The translations under genes were made by a program, and so were the position numbers. From an uncultured Pseudomonadales bacterium (GTDB taxonomy: Bacteria > Patescibacteriota > Microgenomatia > UBA1400 > MFAQ01), in the NCBI GenBank assembly GCA_964586045.1, contig CAZPFY010000001.1, positions 154-64,153 on the forward strand: 64,000 nt of DNA. Reading direction: 5' to 3'. The notes beneath the pieces were generated by a model. It saw nothing but the letters and a program-made list of their open reading frames with translations, was not told the DNA's origin and did not search any database. Shown piece after piece: positions 51,845-61,203 of the stretch (position 1 is its first letter; each line of letters opens with the position of its first letter).

Positions 51845-52570
51845 TTAAATGCGATTGGCAAGCATTTTTTTGTAGTCTGATTCGGAGAGGTAGATGGATA
51901 GACGTTCGTAGTTTTCATCACCGAAAACCGCGCCGTCCCAATCGATACCTAAGAGGTTTTCTTTGAGATATAGACTGTCATCGGTTTCAAAATCTGCCGC
52001 CAAATAGTCCTCGGTAAAAACAACTTCCAAAATGGGATTTTGAAGAGTGTCGTCTTTGAAGAAATCAACGTCCTTTACTCGGAGGCGGAAGGAAACCATT
52101 TCGCCGGTGCAGAGTGTTGTGGAGATCTCGACCAGATCGTTCTCTGAGTCGTAACCATTGATGCTGATTTCTTTTCTGTCGCCGAACTGGAAGAACTTTG
52201 CGATGATCGACATGTTGGTGTAGTCTTCGAGGCCGTTTGCCTTTAACCAGATTTCAAATTCTTCCTCCAGGTTGATGGCAAACTCTTCTTCGTCGCTGGT
52301 GAGTACATCTTCTTCCAAAACTTCTTCTTCGAGAACCTCTTCTAAATCTTCTGTTTCCACAATGGTGCCATTTTCAGCTACATTAACGACAGGTGAAGGA
52401 ATGTTGTACCCCTGAACGTAGCTGGACATATCGCGAGGTTGATTGTACCTTTTTATGGCTAAATAGCCTTGCCAGACGGCGACCCCTACAAGAGCCAATA
52501 CGAAAACGAGGATTAAGAACTGACCAAATCCGGTGCACCAAAATGAGATTGATTCAAGACCACATGACAT
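51845..52570 (-). CDS. membrane-anchored acidic hypothetical protein
   Basis: 241 aa. N-terminal TM (FLILVFVLALVGVAVW), then a Glu/Asp-rich region EEVLEEEVLEEDVL. Confidence 0.5.
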   Translation of the reverse strand: MSCGLESISFWCTGFGQFLILVFVLALVGVAVWQGYLAIKRYNQPRDMSSYVQGYNIPSPVVNVAENGTIVETEDLEEVLEEEVLEEDVLTSDEEEFAINLEEEFEIWLKANGLEDYTNMSIIAKFFQFGDRKEISINGYDSENDLVEISTTLCTGEMVSFRLRVKDVDFFKDDTLQNPILEVVFTEDYLAADFETDDSLYLKENLLGIDWDGAVFGDENYERLSIYLSESDYKKMLANRI

Positions 52571-52736
52571 GAGATTTTCTCCTGGTTATAAATTTGCGTA
52601 CTTACCGCATTATTATACCATTTTGGTGGACTTAGCCGGAATCGGACCGGCGACTCTGCAATGCGAATGCAGCGGTATACCACTTACCTATAAGCCCTAA
52701 TAACTTTGATTTTACTGGATTATGCTATAAATAGTT

Positions 52737-54440
52737 ATGGAATTTGACGATGTTAATAAGGACAGTGAGGTTTTGCGCCAACTTGGGGTAGAAATAAGTT
52801 TTGTGGAGGGGAAAAAGAATGTTTTGGTGGAGAATGAAGGATGGAGATACTATCGTAGTGAGGTTCAAGTAAAAATTGATGAGAAAAATTTGAGTATCCA
52901 GGAGTATCAGAGAGCTGGTGAGGTTTTGGCAAAGTTTAAAAACTACACCTTTAGTATTTGGAGTATTGAAAAAGTATCTAGTATGGAAGAAGTCGTTGCA
53001 ACTTTGAAAGAAGATGGGGCTTTTTTTGGTGAGTGTGGTTTGGCGTCGAACCCTGATCAGTTTGATAACGAGACCTGTTCAACTGTAGTAAGTCTTAATA
53101 ACGAAGCTAATGAAAGAAGAATAAAGAAAAAAATGTTTTTGGGTTTTTCTTGTCCTGGGTTTGGCGGATCTAGTTTGAAAGATGATGAGGTTTCGGAGGA
53201 AAATGTGGGGATTGAGTCGTATTTGCAAATAAATAATTTTATGTTGGATACCTTGGGTGTAAACGTTAGCAAAAGTGTTCTTTTGGGGCATTCTGCTGGC
53301 GGAGAGAAAGCTTTGGGGATGTCGAGTAGATTGAGAGTCGTAGCTCTAAACCCGGCGGTGCACGAAGAGGAAGATAAGGTTTTTGGAGGACTAGAGTTTC
53401 CTAATTCGATTGCTAAACTCTTTCGTACTGAGATAACTAGTAGCACGGTAGATTATTTTGTTGATAAAGTGGTCAAATACAATGTTGGTGCTACAGAGGC
53501 GATGTTGGTGGCGTCAAATAATTTGGCGATGAATGCTCAAGTGGCTAATCACCGTGAGGAGATAAAAAATAACTTTAAAGCATATATTGCTAAATCAAAA
53601 GAATTAATTAGACCAGATGTTTTGAGAAATTATGGAGGGAATCCGATGGTGGTGGTAGGTGGTAGAGCAGATAGGCTGACGCCGTGGGATAAGGCGTTGG
53701 AATCTATCAAAAAAATGATTGGGGAAAAGGGTGGAGTAAAAGTAGTTTCGGAGGAGGAACTGGGTGTTGATAAACTCCATCACGATACGGTGTTTATGAA
53801 TAAGGAGGCAAATGCGAAAGTGGCTAAGATGGCCTGGGATCTTTTGGATTTGCCGATGGTGGAGGAAAGAGTGGTGGTTGAAAAAGTTCCTGTTGCTAAA
53901 TTGGTTGTGGCTGAATTACCACAAGCAAGAGAATATGACGGTCATAAAGAAAAATTGGATATTTTGTTTCGTTGGGAAATGTTTGCTTTGGAGGCAAAAG
54001 GTTGGGTGGACTTGATTAAAAGTGGTTCTGACCAGAAGCCAACAACGAGAGATTTTGTAGAGGCATATGATAAGTGGATTTTGAGTTATGAACCAATAGC
54101 TGAAATAATCGAAAGAAAAAAACTGGACGGAAGTGGTATTGCTACTATGGTGGGAGATTTGTTTACCAGTGTCGATAAAGTGTATGACGGGGTTAAATAT
54201 CCAATGTTTTCCTTTTTTGGTCAGGCGGATACTATTTCGGAGATGCAAACCTTGAGGATTGGGTTGGGGGTACTTGCTATATATTATGGTTCTTGGAGTA
54301 AAAAAGGAGATGTTGGATCGATAGATTTTTTGGTTAGTGCTCTTGAGGAACAGATTGTGCCATTTGTGGAACGAAAAAATAATGGTGGAAAAATTGGATT
54401 AAGCCCGATTGAGTTAGCGATTAAGAGTTTGGAGAAATAA
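52737..54440 (+). CDS. alpha/beta-hydrolase-fold protein (esterase/lipase-like) with a long C-terminal extension
   Basis: 567 aa. The nucleophile elbow LLGHSAGG (GxSxG) sits about 100 aa after an N-terminal unknown domain. Confidence 0.55.
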   Translation: MEFDDVNKDSEVLRQLGVEISFVEGKKNVLVENEGWRYYRSEVQVKIDEKNLSIQEYQRAGEVLAKFKNYTFSIWSIEKVSSMEEVVATLKEDGAFFGECGLASNPDQFDNETCSTVVSLNNEANERRIKKKMFLGFSCPGFGGSSLKDDEVSEENVGIESYLQINNFMLDTLGVNVSKSVLLGHSAGGEKALGMSSRLRVVALNPAVHEEEDKVFGGLEFPNSIAKLFRTEITSSTVDYFVDKVVKYNVGATEAMLVASNNLAMNAQVANHREEIKNNFKAYIAKSKELIRPDVLRNYGGNPMVVVGGRADRLTPWDKALESIKKMIGEKGGVKVVSEEELGVDKLHHDTVFMNKEANAKVAKMAWDLLDLPMVEERVVVEKVPVAKLVVAELPQAREYDGHKEKLDILFRWEMFALEAKGWVDLIKSGSDQKPTTRDFVEAYDKWILSYEPIAEIIERKKLDGSGIATMVGDLFTSVDKVYDGVKYPMFSFFGQADTISEMQTLRIGLGVLAIYYGSWSKKGDVGSIDFLVSALEEQIVPFVERKNNGGKIGLSPIELAIKSLEK

Positions 54441-54465
54441 AAAAACCTCTCGACGGATCGGGAGG
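54438..54465 (-). terminator. rho-independent terminator (minus strand) after the 54473..54958 gene
   Basis: On the minus strand: CCTCCCGATCCGTCGAGAGG hairpin followed by TTTTTTT. Confidence 0.65.
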
Positions 54466-54472
54466 CGATTGG

Positions 54473-54958
54473 TTATTGAAACTTAAGGCCGGCGTTGTAT
54501 TTTTCGAACTGAGTTTTTGTACAGTGGATGTTGAGATGTTTAATGCCGCTATAGACTAGGTCGTCCCAGTCCATAGGGCCATAAGCTTTTTCGTCCAAGT
54601 AATTATCACAAAACTCGATGTTGCAATCGGGGACGGTTGGAAGGAGGGCACTGTGCTCGGGATCGATAAAAAATTTGATTTTGTCGCGGTATATTCTAAA
54701 GGGAACCGCCTGTCCATCCTTTGGGTTTCTCAAGTAAACACTAAATTGATATTCACTTTCTCTTATAATGCTTACGACTTCAATTCCCTTTTGAAAGAGG
54801 AATTGAAGGTTGGTTAATAGCACTTCTCGACGAGTGGGGAGTTTGTCTTCTTTGGCAATGAGGTGGTTGACAAATCGGACCAAGGCAAAGATGAAGATGG
54901 CGGCCAAAATAAGGCAGGGCCAGGTGGTACAGATGAATGCATATTTTTCGCAGAACAT
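54473..54958 (-). CDS. membrane-anchored hypothetical protein
   Basis: 161 aa with an N-terminal TM (ILAAIFIFALVRFV). Confidence 0.45.
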   Translation of the reverse strand: MFCEKYAFICTTWPCLILAAIFIFALVRFVNHLIAKEDKLPTRREVLLTNLQFLFQKGIEVVSIIRESEYQFSVYLRNPKDGQAVPFRIYRDKIKFFIDPEHSALLPTVPDCNIEFCDNYLDEKAYGPMDWDDLVYSGIKHLNIHCTKTQFEKYNAGLKFQ

Positions 54959-54974
54959 GAATGATCTCCTCGAT

Positions 54975-55529
54975 TTATGCGTGGTTGGGATTTGTGAGGC
55001 TTTCGAAAACAGCGTCGTACTGTGCTTGAGTTACGCTAACTTCGATATTTGACGCCATCTTGAATATTTTTTCGATGGTGACGTTTTTCATTGCTGCTTC
55101 GAGATCGCCGTCGGAGTAATAGCCGCAACTGAAATCGTTTTGGAGTAAAGATTCGTCGTAAATGAAATGCGCGTTGGGCTTGTCTGCGTATGGATTAATA
55201 ATCCAATTAACGGTATTGAGATCAACTTTGATGCCTACAATAGTGCGACCCACTTGTACAGACAGAGTAATGTCTCTATCCTCCCAGTCGACTTTGGGAA
55301 TGCCAATAACATACCAGCTTCGAACACCAAACAAGATTTCAATTATTGATCTGTTGCTGCGATTGGGGAGATTTTTTTTCCTTAACCATTCCTGGTTGGC
55401 TGTTTCGATTTGGTCCTTTGCTTTTTGAGCCTTACGATTCTCGATGGTGGTGAATAGCCAAATGATTAGTCCAACTGCAACCAAAATGGCTGCCACGATA
55501 AGTGCTGCAATCAGTTTTGAATTTTCCAT
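54975..55529 (-). CDS. membrane-anchored hypothetical protein
   Basis: 184 aa with an N-terminal TM (LIAALIVAAILVAVGLIIWLF). Confidence 0.45.
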   Translation of the reverse strand: MENSKLIAALIVAAILVAVGLIIWLFTTIENRKAQKAKDQIETANQEWLRKKNLPNRSNRSIIEILFGVRSWYVIGIPKVDWEDRDITLSVQVGRTIVGIKVDLNTVNWIINPYADKPNAHFIYDESLLQNDFSCGYYSDGDLEAAMKNVTIEKIFKMASNIEVSVTQAQYDAVFESLTNPNHA

Positions 55530-55629
55530 TTTTACCTTCCTTCTTTTTCAAAGTGGGATAGATTTCAACCTATATTATACCACTTGATAGTGTTGTCAAG
55601 AGAGATTAGTTGGTATAATTACCTTTGTT

Positions 55630-55702
55630 GGGCCCTTAGCTCACCTGGTAGAGCGTCTCTATGGCATAGAGAAGGTAGTCGGTTCGAGTCCGATAGGGTC
55701 CA
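55630..55702 (+). tRNA. tRNA-Ala (anticodon GGC)
   Basis: Cloverleaf by hand-folding. The 7-bp acceptor stem contains the G3:U70 Ala identity pair. D arm is GCTC/GAGC. Anticodon stem is TCTCT/AGAGA with loop ATGGCAT. T arm is GTCGG-TTCGAGT-CCGAT. CCA is not encoded. Confidence 0.9.
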
Positions 55703-55736
55703 CAACTTCGTTATGATGCTCAGAATAAGGGTCCAC

Positions 55737-57668
55737 TTATTTTGTGGGTGTGGGTGTGGGGGTTGGGGTTACAACCGATTTGAGATTTTCCGTAAGATCA
55801 GTGAGCTCTTTTTGGAGTTTGTCGTAGTTTGGAGTTTGGGGAGAGATAAGAGTGAGAGCTTGCTTGAGATTGGCTTGAGCTTTGGCGTAATCCTGGTTTT
55901 GAAGATAAATTTGGTAAAGGTTGAGATAGGGAATTTCCCAGTTTGATTTAAGGTCAAGACTTTGGTTGATGAGTTTTATAGCTTGGTCTTTGTCTTGGAG
56001 GTTGTAGTACAAAATACCTAACTGAAGCCTTAGTTTGGGGTTTGTGGGGTCCAGGGAAATGGCTTGAGCCAAGTGAGAGATGGCCAGGTCTGGAGCGCCT
56101 TCGGCGACGCCAATAAAGGCTTGGTAAATTCCGGAGAGATTTTCCCAAACAAGAACGTTGACGGGGTCAATTTTGGCGGCGATACGGCCAGAGTCGATGG
56201 CGCGTTGCATGGTCTGAATGGTATTTTTTTTGTCTTCTTCGGTGGGGTCTTGTTTTTGAAGATAGTAGGTAGCGACTTGTTGGTAAGTTTGAGAAAGAAC
56301 CATGGGGTAAGTAGAGTAATAGGGGTTTAGTTTTTGGGCCTCAACTTGTTTGAGGAAAGAGCCGGTGATGTCTGTATTTATTTTTTGGCTAGCTTGATAG
56401 AGTGATTGTGAAGCTCTGTAAAAAGGAAGACCAAATGACCAGTAAGTGTAAACAGCGATCGTGGAAATAATGAGAGAAACAATGGGTAAAAAGTGGGTAA
56501 GAACTTTGTTTTGTTGGCCTTCGCTACTAATGTTAAAGTGAAGATCTTTGATTTGGGAATCGTCATTTTTTTTGTAAATTTGGGTTAGAGTTCCCAAAAG
56601 GGTGGTGGCGATCACAATACTGGTAATGCCGGTAGGAGTAATAACGAAGGAGATTAAAAAGCCAATAAGGGAAACAATGATAAAGCCAAGAATTGGTTTG
56701 GATTCGGAGTTTTTAAAACTCTTGATAGCCTTAGAAATATTTTTTGTAAATAGAACCAAAAAGCTGAGGCCACCGATAAGGCCGGAAGTAGTAAGAATAG
56801 TGAGAAGAAAGGATCCAGATTCACTAAACCGAATGTTCCAGATTTTGGTGTTGTTTAAATAGGCAGGACGAAGTTGAGTAAAAGTGGAAAAATAGTTTTC
56901 TGGTCCGGTGCCCAAAAAAGCAGTTTTGGGATTTTTGAAGATATCGAGAGCTATAGACCAGCTGGCTTTAAGTGGTAAAAGAGTGATGGGGGAAACATTA
57001 TTTTTTGGAAGAAGCAAACTGATGTCGATAATGGCGGCGGAGATGGCAAAAACGGAAATGAAGAATAAAAAGATTTTGGTTTTGGAGTTTGATTCGAGAA
57101 AAGTGTAGTAGATGGTGCCAAGAAGCAAGGGGATGGTAAGAGATAGCGCGGGGATAACGCCGCCTGTTAAGTTAAAAAAGTTGCCTTGGGTGATTTCGGC
57201 GCCAAAAAGATATTTGGTAAGGCCGAAAAAGTGAAGGATGGTGATAAGACTTATGATGAGCAGGGAAAGTAGGAGGGTAAAAAGATGTCTTTTGACTTGG
57301 CGCAGACTGGGCTTGGTGGAGGTATAGGCCAAAGTGATGAAAAAGAGAGAGGTAAAAAGAGTGGTAAGACCTGTGAGGCTTAAAATTTTGGTAGGGCTGA
57401 TAAAAAAGGCAGACGCGATGTGGGCGAGGACTAAAACAAAAATGATTTTTAAGCTAGGAGAAAGAGTAATGTTTATTTTGTTGCTAAGAATATTTTGAAG
57501 ACACCACAAAATTAAGGAGGCGCTGCCAATGGCGTTTAGAAGATAAAATTTGTTAAAAGCGAAGTAGTCGACGGTGTTAGTTAAGAAAAAAAGAGGGATT
57601 AAAAAAAAGACGAGAGTGGGGATGTTTTGGAGGGCGAAGTAAACGGTTTTTTCTAAGGAATTGCGCAT
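55737..57668 (-). CDS. polytopic membrane protein (O-antigen ligase/Wzy-like) with C-terminal TPR repeats
   Basis: 643 aa. At least 10 hydrophobic helices in the first ~430 aa. The C-terminus has TPR-like repeats (AISLDPTNPKLRLQLGILYYNLQDKDQAIKLINQSLDL...). The end is Pro/Thr-rich. Confidence 0.55.
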   Translation of the reverse strand: MRNSLEKTVYFALQNIPTLVFFLIPLFFLTNTVDYFAFNKFYLLNAIGSASLILWCLQNILSNKINITLSPSLKIIFVLVLAHIASAFFISPTKILSLTGLTTLFTSLFFITLAYTSTKPSLRQVKRHLFTLLLSLLIISLITILHFFGLTKYLFGAEITQGNFFNLTGGVIPALSLTIPLLLGTIYYTFLESNSKTKIFLFFISVFAISAAIIDISLLLPKNNVSPITLLPLKASWSIALDIFKNPKTAFLGTGPENYFSTFTQLRPAYLNNTKIWNIRFSESGSFLLTILTTSGLIGGLSFLVLFTKNISKAIKSFKNSESKPILGFIIVSLIGFLISFVITPTGITSIVIATTLLGTLTQIYKKNDDSQIKDLHFNISSEGQQNKVLTHFLPIVSLIISTIAVYTYWSFGLPFYRASQSLYQASQKINTDITGSFLKQVEAQKLNPYYSTYPMVLSQTYQQVATYYLQKQDPTEEDKKNTIQTMQRAIDSGRIAAKIDPVNVLVWENLSGIYQAFIGVAEGAPDLAISHLAQAISLDPTNPKLRLQLGILYYNLQDKDQAIKLINQSLDLKSNWEIPYLNLYQIYLQNQDYAKAQANLKQALTLISPQTPNYDKLQKELTDLTENLKSVVTPTPTPTPTK

Positions 57669-57677
57669 TAAACCATT

Positions 57678-58184
57678 CTATGGATTTACGGTTTGATAGT
57701 CAATGGGGCGGTCGGTGTCGGTGGCGGCGTTGGCACTTACGATAAATTGGCCAATGGTTTTACTTTTGACGGTGTAGAGAGATTTATCGCCTTCTTTGCT
57801 GATTAAATATATTTGACTGTTTTCTAAAACGGCGGGATCTGAAATGGATATTTCTTGTTGGCCAGCAGGGAGAATAAATGATTTTTGGGTAGCGTTGCTT
57901 TGGGTGTTAGCGGATGAACTGGCATCGTTTGTGGTGTCTGGGGCGGCGATGATGGGTTTGGTGAATGATTCGGCTACGTCAGCGCGCCCTTCGGGCTTGT
58001 CGGAATTTGAGATTATGCCTTGGGGAAGAGGAGAGATAAGAGATCCTGTGGGCAGGCTGGAGTAGTAGCCTAAGACAATTAAGGTGGCGGGGACAAAGAA
58101 GAAGAGACAGGAGGCGACCAAAAGAGCCACGGAAAGGGTGGATTGGGACTTGGCTGGGGTGGCGTTGGTAAATTCGATAGTCAC
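57678..58184 (-). CDS. membrane-anchored hypothetical protein
   Basis: 168 aa with TM LSVALLVASCLFFFVPATLIVLGYY. Confidence 0.45.
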   Translation of the reverse strand: MTIEFTNATPAKSQSTLSVALLVASCLFFFVPATLIVLGYYSSLPTGSLISPLPQGIISNSDKPEGRADVAESFTKPIIAAPDTTNDASSSANTQSNATQKSFILPAGQQEISISDPAVLENSQIYLISKEGDKSLYTVKSKTIGQFIVSANAATDTDRPIDYQTVNP

Positions 58185-58267
58185 GATTTTATTTTAGCAG
58201 ATTTTGGCAAATGAAAATATTAATTTGAAATGTACTTTAGTAATTTATTAACGTAAAGGTCCTGAAA

Positions 58268-58546
58268 TTGGTGTATAATAGTCGTATGGAAATTATACAA
58301 TCTCAACTAAAGTTGAATTTGCCTTTGCCCATGAAGGTTCATGTGGATACGAGGGCGAGTAAGTTTGGTATGACGACTGGCGCATACATTAAGCATTTGA
58401 TTGCAAAAGATATTGAAGACAAAGAATACCCTATTTATCAGGCCAGTGAGAAAGTGGAAAAGGCATACAAAAAAGCTATGAAGAACAAAAAAAATTCTGA
58501 GCTAGTTGAGGGAAGTTTGGAAGAATATTTTGCTAATGAAAAATGA
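58268..58546 (+). CDS. putative RHH/CopG-like antitoxin-like protein
   Basis: 92-aa ORF. The probable start is the internal MEIIQ. KVHVDTRASKFGMTTGAYIKHLIAKDI fits a ribbon-helix-helix. A truncated toxin-like ORF follows. Confidence 0.35.
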   Translation: MVYNSRMEIIQSQLKLNLPLPMKVHVDTRASKFGMTTGAYIKHLIAKDIEDKEYPIYQASEKVEKAYKKAMKNKKNSELVEGSLEEYFANEK

Positions 58547-58614
58547 AAATAAGATTCGATACGGATCTGATTAAAGAGCTGGGAAAATTAAGAAAAACAA
58601 ATAATCGAAAGTAA
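58543..58614 (+). pseudogene. truncated RelE/ParE-like toxin remnant (23 codons)
   Basis: MKIRFDTDLIKELGKLRKTNNRK then stop. The N-terminus matches the typical toxin start (M.I.F...a.kdL.kL) and overlaps the stop of the upstream RHH-like gene (ATGA). Confidence 0.35.
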
Positions 58615-58646
58615 GTTTGGCTTGTCATTAATGTTTAATATGTTTT

Positions 58647-59495
58647 ATGTATGAGACTTTGGAAAGGGATAAGTATAAAAAAGAATGGGAGAGGGTAAAG
58701 CCGGCAATAAAAAATATTTTTTATAAGGGGGATGTAAAGCTGTTGATGGACGAGAAACCAAGGTTGGCAATTGTGGGATCGAGAAGGATGACGGAGTATG
58801 GCGCAAAAATAATTGAAAAATGGATGTCAAAATTTGTTGACAGAGGAATAATAATTGTTTCTGGTTTTATGTATGGAGTAGACCAAAAAGCTCATACGGA
58901 ATGTATAAATAATGGAGGGAAAACGGTTGCGGTTTTGGGGTGGGGAATAGATTGGCAGGTGATGGATGATGATGTAGAAATGTATGAAAAAATATTAGAA
59001 AAAGGTGGATTGATATTGTCAGAATATGAAGGGAGGGCGATACCAGAGTTGTGGAAATTCCCTCAAAGAAATAGAATAGTGGCAGGAATTTGCGACGCTG
59101 TTTTGGTAATAGAGGGAGCAGAAAAAAGTGGCAGTATGATAACTGCAAGGTTGGCAAAACAGTTTGACAAAGTCCTTTTATCCTTACCTGGCCCGGTAAC
59201 GAGTAAGGTAGCCGAGGGAACAAATAATTTAATCAAAAGAGGAGAGGCAAAAATGGTAACGAGTGCGGAGGACGTTTTGAGGGGGATGGGGTTGGAGGAG
59301 GGGCAGATGAGTTTGTTGGGAGAAGTAAAAATTTTGGATCCTATTTTGGAAATTTTGGAAAATGAAAGTAAAAGTGTGGACGAGCTAGCGCGAATTTTGC
59401 GACAGCCGGTGAACGAGGTGCTTATTAAACTTAGCTATTTGAGTTTGAGGGGGTTGGTGAGTGAATCCAACGGAAAATATTTTATTGTGAGTTAG
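58647..59495 (+). CDS. dprA: DNA processing protein DprA (Smf)
   Basis: LAIVGSRRMTEYGAKIIEKW...IIVSGFMYGVDQKAHTECI...VLVIEGAEKSGSMITARLA forms the DprA Rossmann-like domain, with a C-terminal wH-like domain. Confidence 0.85.
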   Translation: MYETLERDKYKKEWERVKPAIKNIFYKGDVKLLMDEKPRLAIVGSRRMTEYGAKIIEKWMSKFVDRGIIIVSGFMYGVDQKAHTECINNGGKTVAVLGWGIDWQVMDDDVEMYEKILEKGGLILSEYEGRAIPELWKFPQRNRIVAGICDAVLVIEGAEKSGSMITARLAKQFDKVLLSLPGPVTSKVAEGTNNLIKRGEAKMVTSAEDVLRGMGLEEGQMSLLGEVKILDPILEILENESKSVDELARILRQPVNEVLIKLSYLSLRGLVSESNGKYFIVS

Positions 59496-59499
59496 CCTT

Positions 59500-59604
59500 G
59501 TCATCGCGAATCTCGTACTCGAGCTGTGGCGATCCCCGCTACACAAGATATCACTCAAAGCTCGGAGATTGCTTCGGTTCGGAATACCGAAACTCGCAAT
59601 GACG
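59500..59604. mobile_element. MITE/RPE-like palindromic repeat element, complete copy (TIR GTCATCGCGA ... TCGCAATGACG)
   Basis: About 105 bp, bounded by imperfect inverted repeats. The internal hairpin TTCGG-AATA-CCGAA is shared with other copies. It is intergenic between dprA and a terminator. Confidence 0.7.
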
Positions 59605-59623
59605 CTTTTTTTTGCATAAAAAA

Positions 59624-59650
59624 ATCCCGCTCTTGGTTATAGCGGGATTA
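59624..59650. terminator. bidirectional rho-independent terminator
   Basis: ATCCCGCTCTTGGTTATAGCGGGAT hairpin with a flanking A-run (5') and T-run (on the minus strand). Confidence 0.7.
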
Positions 59651-60313
59651 CTTGAGGTGATCGGTGTAGTTGGACTCGAGAATTGTCCACATACCAGTTT
59701 CAGAATCGAACTGAACAGTTGTGATGGAGCCAAAGGGGGGGAAATTTTCTTTGTCCCTAAAGGGGTCCATTAGTTGGTGCGGGGTTGGGTTTGGTCCACG
59801 CTCGATAAAAGTTTTTAGTGTTACCTTTACTTGGCTATGGGTATAAACTGCAATTTTTTTGTTAGCGAACTGAGAGTGGCTAAAAGCCTGAAGTATTTGA
59901 CCACCTCGCTGATGAAATTGCCAGTAGGATTCACCCCGATTCATGAAGCGAGAACGGATGTTATCTTCATTTGGATAGTAGACGACATTTCTACGCCACT
60001 GAAAATATTTTTGCAAAGTATCGTCAGTGTAGGGTCTGCCATCCGCTAATGGTCGGCTAATTTCATTTAGTAGGGAATCGGTAATAACACAATACCTTTT
60101 TTTGTGTAGCGTGTTTTTTAGCTCTTTGGCCATTTCTTCTGCGCGTCTGTAGGTACCAGAAAATACCAAGTCGGGTGGGTCATTTTTGAAGTACATAGCG
60201 ACTTTTGAAGCTTGCCGAAAACCTTCTTTACTGAGACTTTCATCCCAGTCGTGCTTTTCATCTTTTTCTGGAGTTCGGCCATGCCGAACGAGATATAGCG
60301 TGGTAACGGACAT
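59648..60313 (-). CDS. histidine phosphatase family protein (phosphoglycerate mutase-like)
   Basis: The N-terminus LYLVRHGRTPEKDE carries the RHG catalytic motif. Confidence 0.8.
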   Translation of the reverse strand: MSVTTLYLVRHGRTPEKDEKHDWDESLSKEGFRQASKVAMYFKNDPPDLVFSGTYRRAEEMAKELKNTLHKKRYCVITDSLLNEISRPLADGRPYTDDTLQKYFQWRRNVVYYPNEDNIRSRFMNRGESYWQFHQRGGQILQAFSHSQFANKKIAVYTHSQVKVTLKTFIERGPNPTPHQLMDPFRDKENFPPFGSITTVQFDSETGMWTILESNYTDHLK

Positions 60314-60512
60314 GGTACCTCCTTATAGATTTGGTTTTTATGGTGCAAAGCTAGTTGGGCGAGTATAGCACATTTGAGGTCAAAATGCAAGTATATAGGG
60401 TATGCGTAGAGGATGTGTACGGGTTAGTTGACTTGAGAAGCTAGGTGTGATATTATAGGGCAATTAGGTTATACATTTCAATATAAATCAAAAAGTTGGT
60501 CTGGAGGCTGAC

Positions 60513-61058
60513 ATGAAGTTAAAAAATAATTTAATTGTATTTTTCGTAGTGCTTTTTCTTGGAGCGTGCGCTCCCACAAAAGCCGATTTGGAGCCTGTTT
60601 CAGAAAAACCCACCTCCTTCGTTTGTTTTTTGCACGGTGAGAAGGTGATTGATACAAATACCTTGCATGGTGCCAGTTACGATCGTGAAACGATCGGCGG
60701 TCTTCGAGACCTGTACTGGATGTGGGAAGATGAAGGCGGTTTTAAGTCTCGGCCGGTGGACAATGGAGAGCTTTCTTGCGCGCAGGAAGGCTTGAGCTAT
60801 TCTGATGTGATAGCACCGTCTGAACCCCTTCAACCCTCAGAAATGGTTTGTACTCAAGATGGGGTTGAAATACTACGCACGACTACCATCGACGGAATGA
60901 CCACACAGAGGGTGTGGATTAATCCAACGGGGGATGATCAGCCTTATGCCTATACTTGGTATGAGGCGGATGGACCGCATTATCTGACCACAGATCAGTT
61001 TAGTGATAATGCAACCTTTGGTAACACTTTGAGGTGTGTGGATATTTCAGTTAAGTAA
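60513..61058 (+). CDS. putative lipoprotein
   Basis: Signal peptide with lipobox LFLGAC. 181 aa. Confidence 0.55.
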   Translation: MKLKNNLIVFFVVLFLGACAPTKADLEPVSEKPTSFVCFLHGEKVIDTNTLHGASYDRETIGGLRDLYWMWEDEGGFKSRPVDNGELSCAQEGLSYSDVIAPSEPLQPSEMVCTQDGVEILRTTTIDGMTTQRVWINPTGDDQPYAYTWYEADGPHYLTTDQFSDNATFGNTLRCVDISVK

Positions 61059-61070
61059 GCTTTGCAAAAT

Positions 61071-61100
61071 GGCTTCGAGATTCTCGAGGTCATTTTTTTT
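61071..61100 (+). terminator. rho-independent terminator
   Basis: GGCTTCGAGATTCTCGAGGTC hairpin followed by ATTTTTTTTT. Confidence 0.65.
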
Positions 61101-61203
61101 GGCATATAATATGGGTTATAGTATCCAAAGTACCCAGCCAACAGCTACCCGACAACAGCTAAAGCAGTTTGACGGGCGGGCGCAGTTTGGCGGGTGATAT
61201 TTA

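Noticed and set aside
52600-52700. CTCTGCAATGCGAATGCAGCGG hairpin resembling the TCGCAATGACG repeat terminus
   Set aside because: It shares only about 8 nt with the repeat family and lacks the internal TTCGG...CCGAA module. It is probably an unrelated small hairpin.
55584-55946. 120-aa plus-strand ORF overlapping the tRNA-Ala gene
   Set aside because: It reads straight through a well-formed tRNA cloverleaf (55630..55702) and into the antisense of gene 55737..57668. It is spurious.
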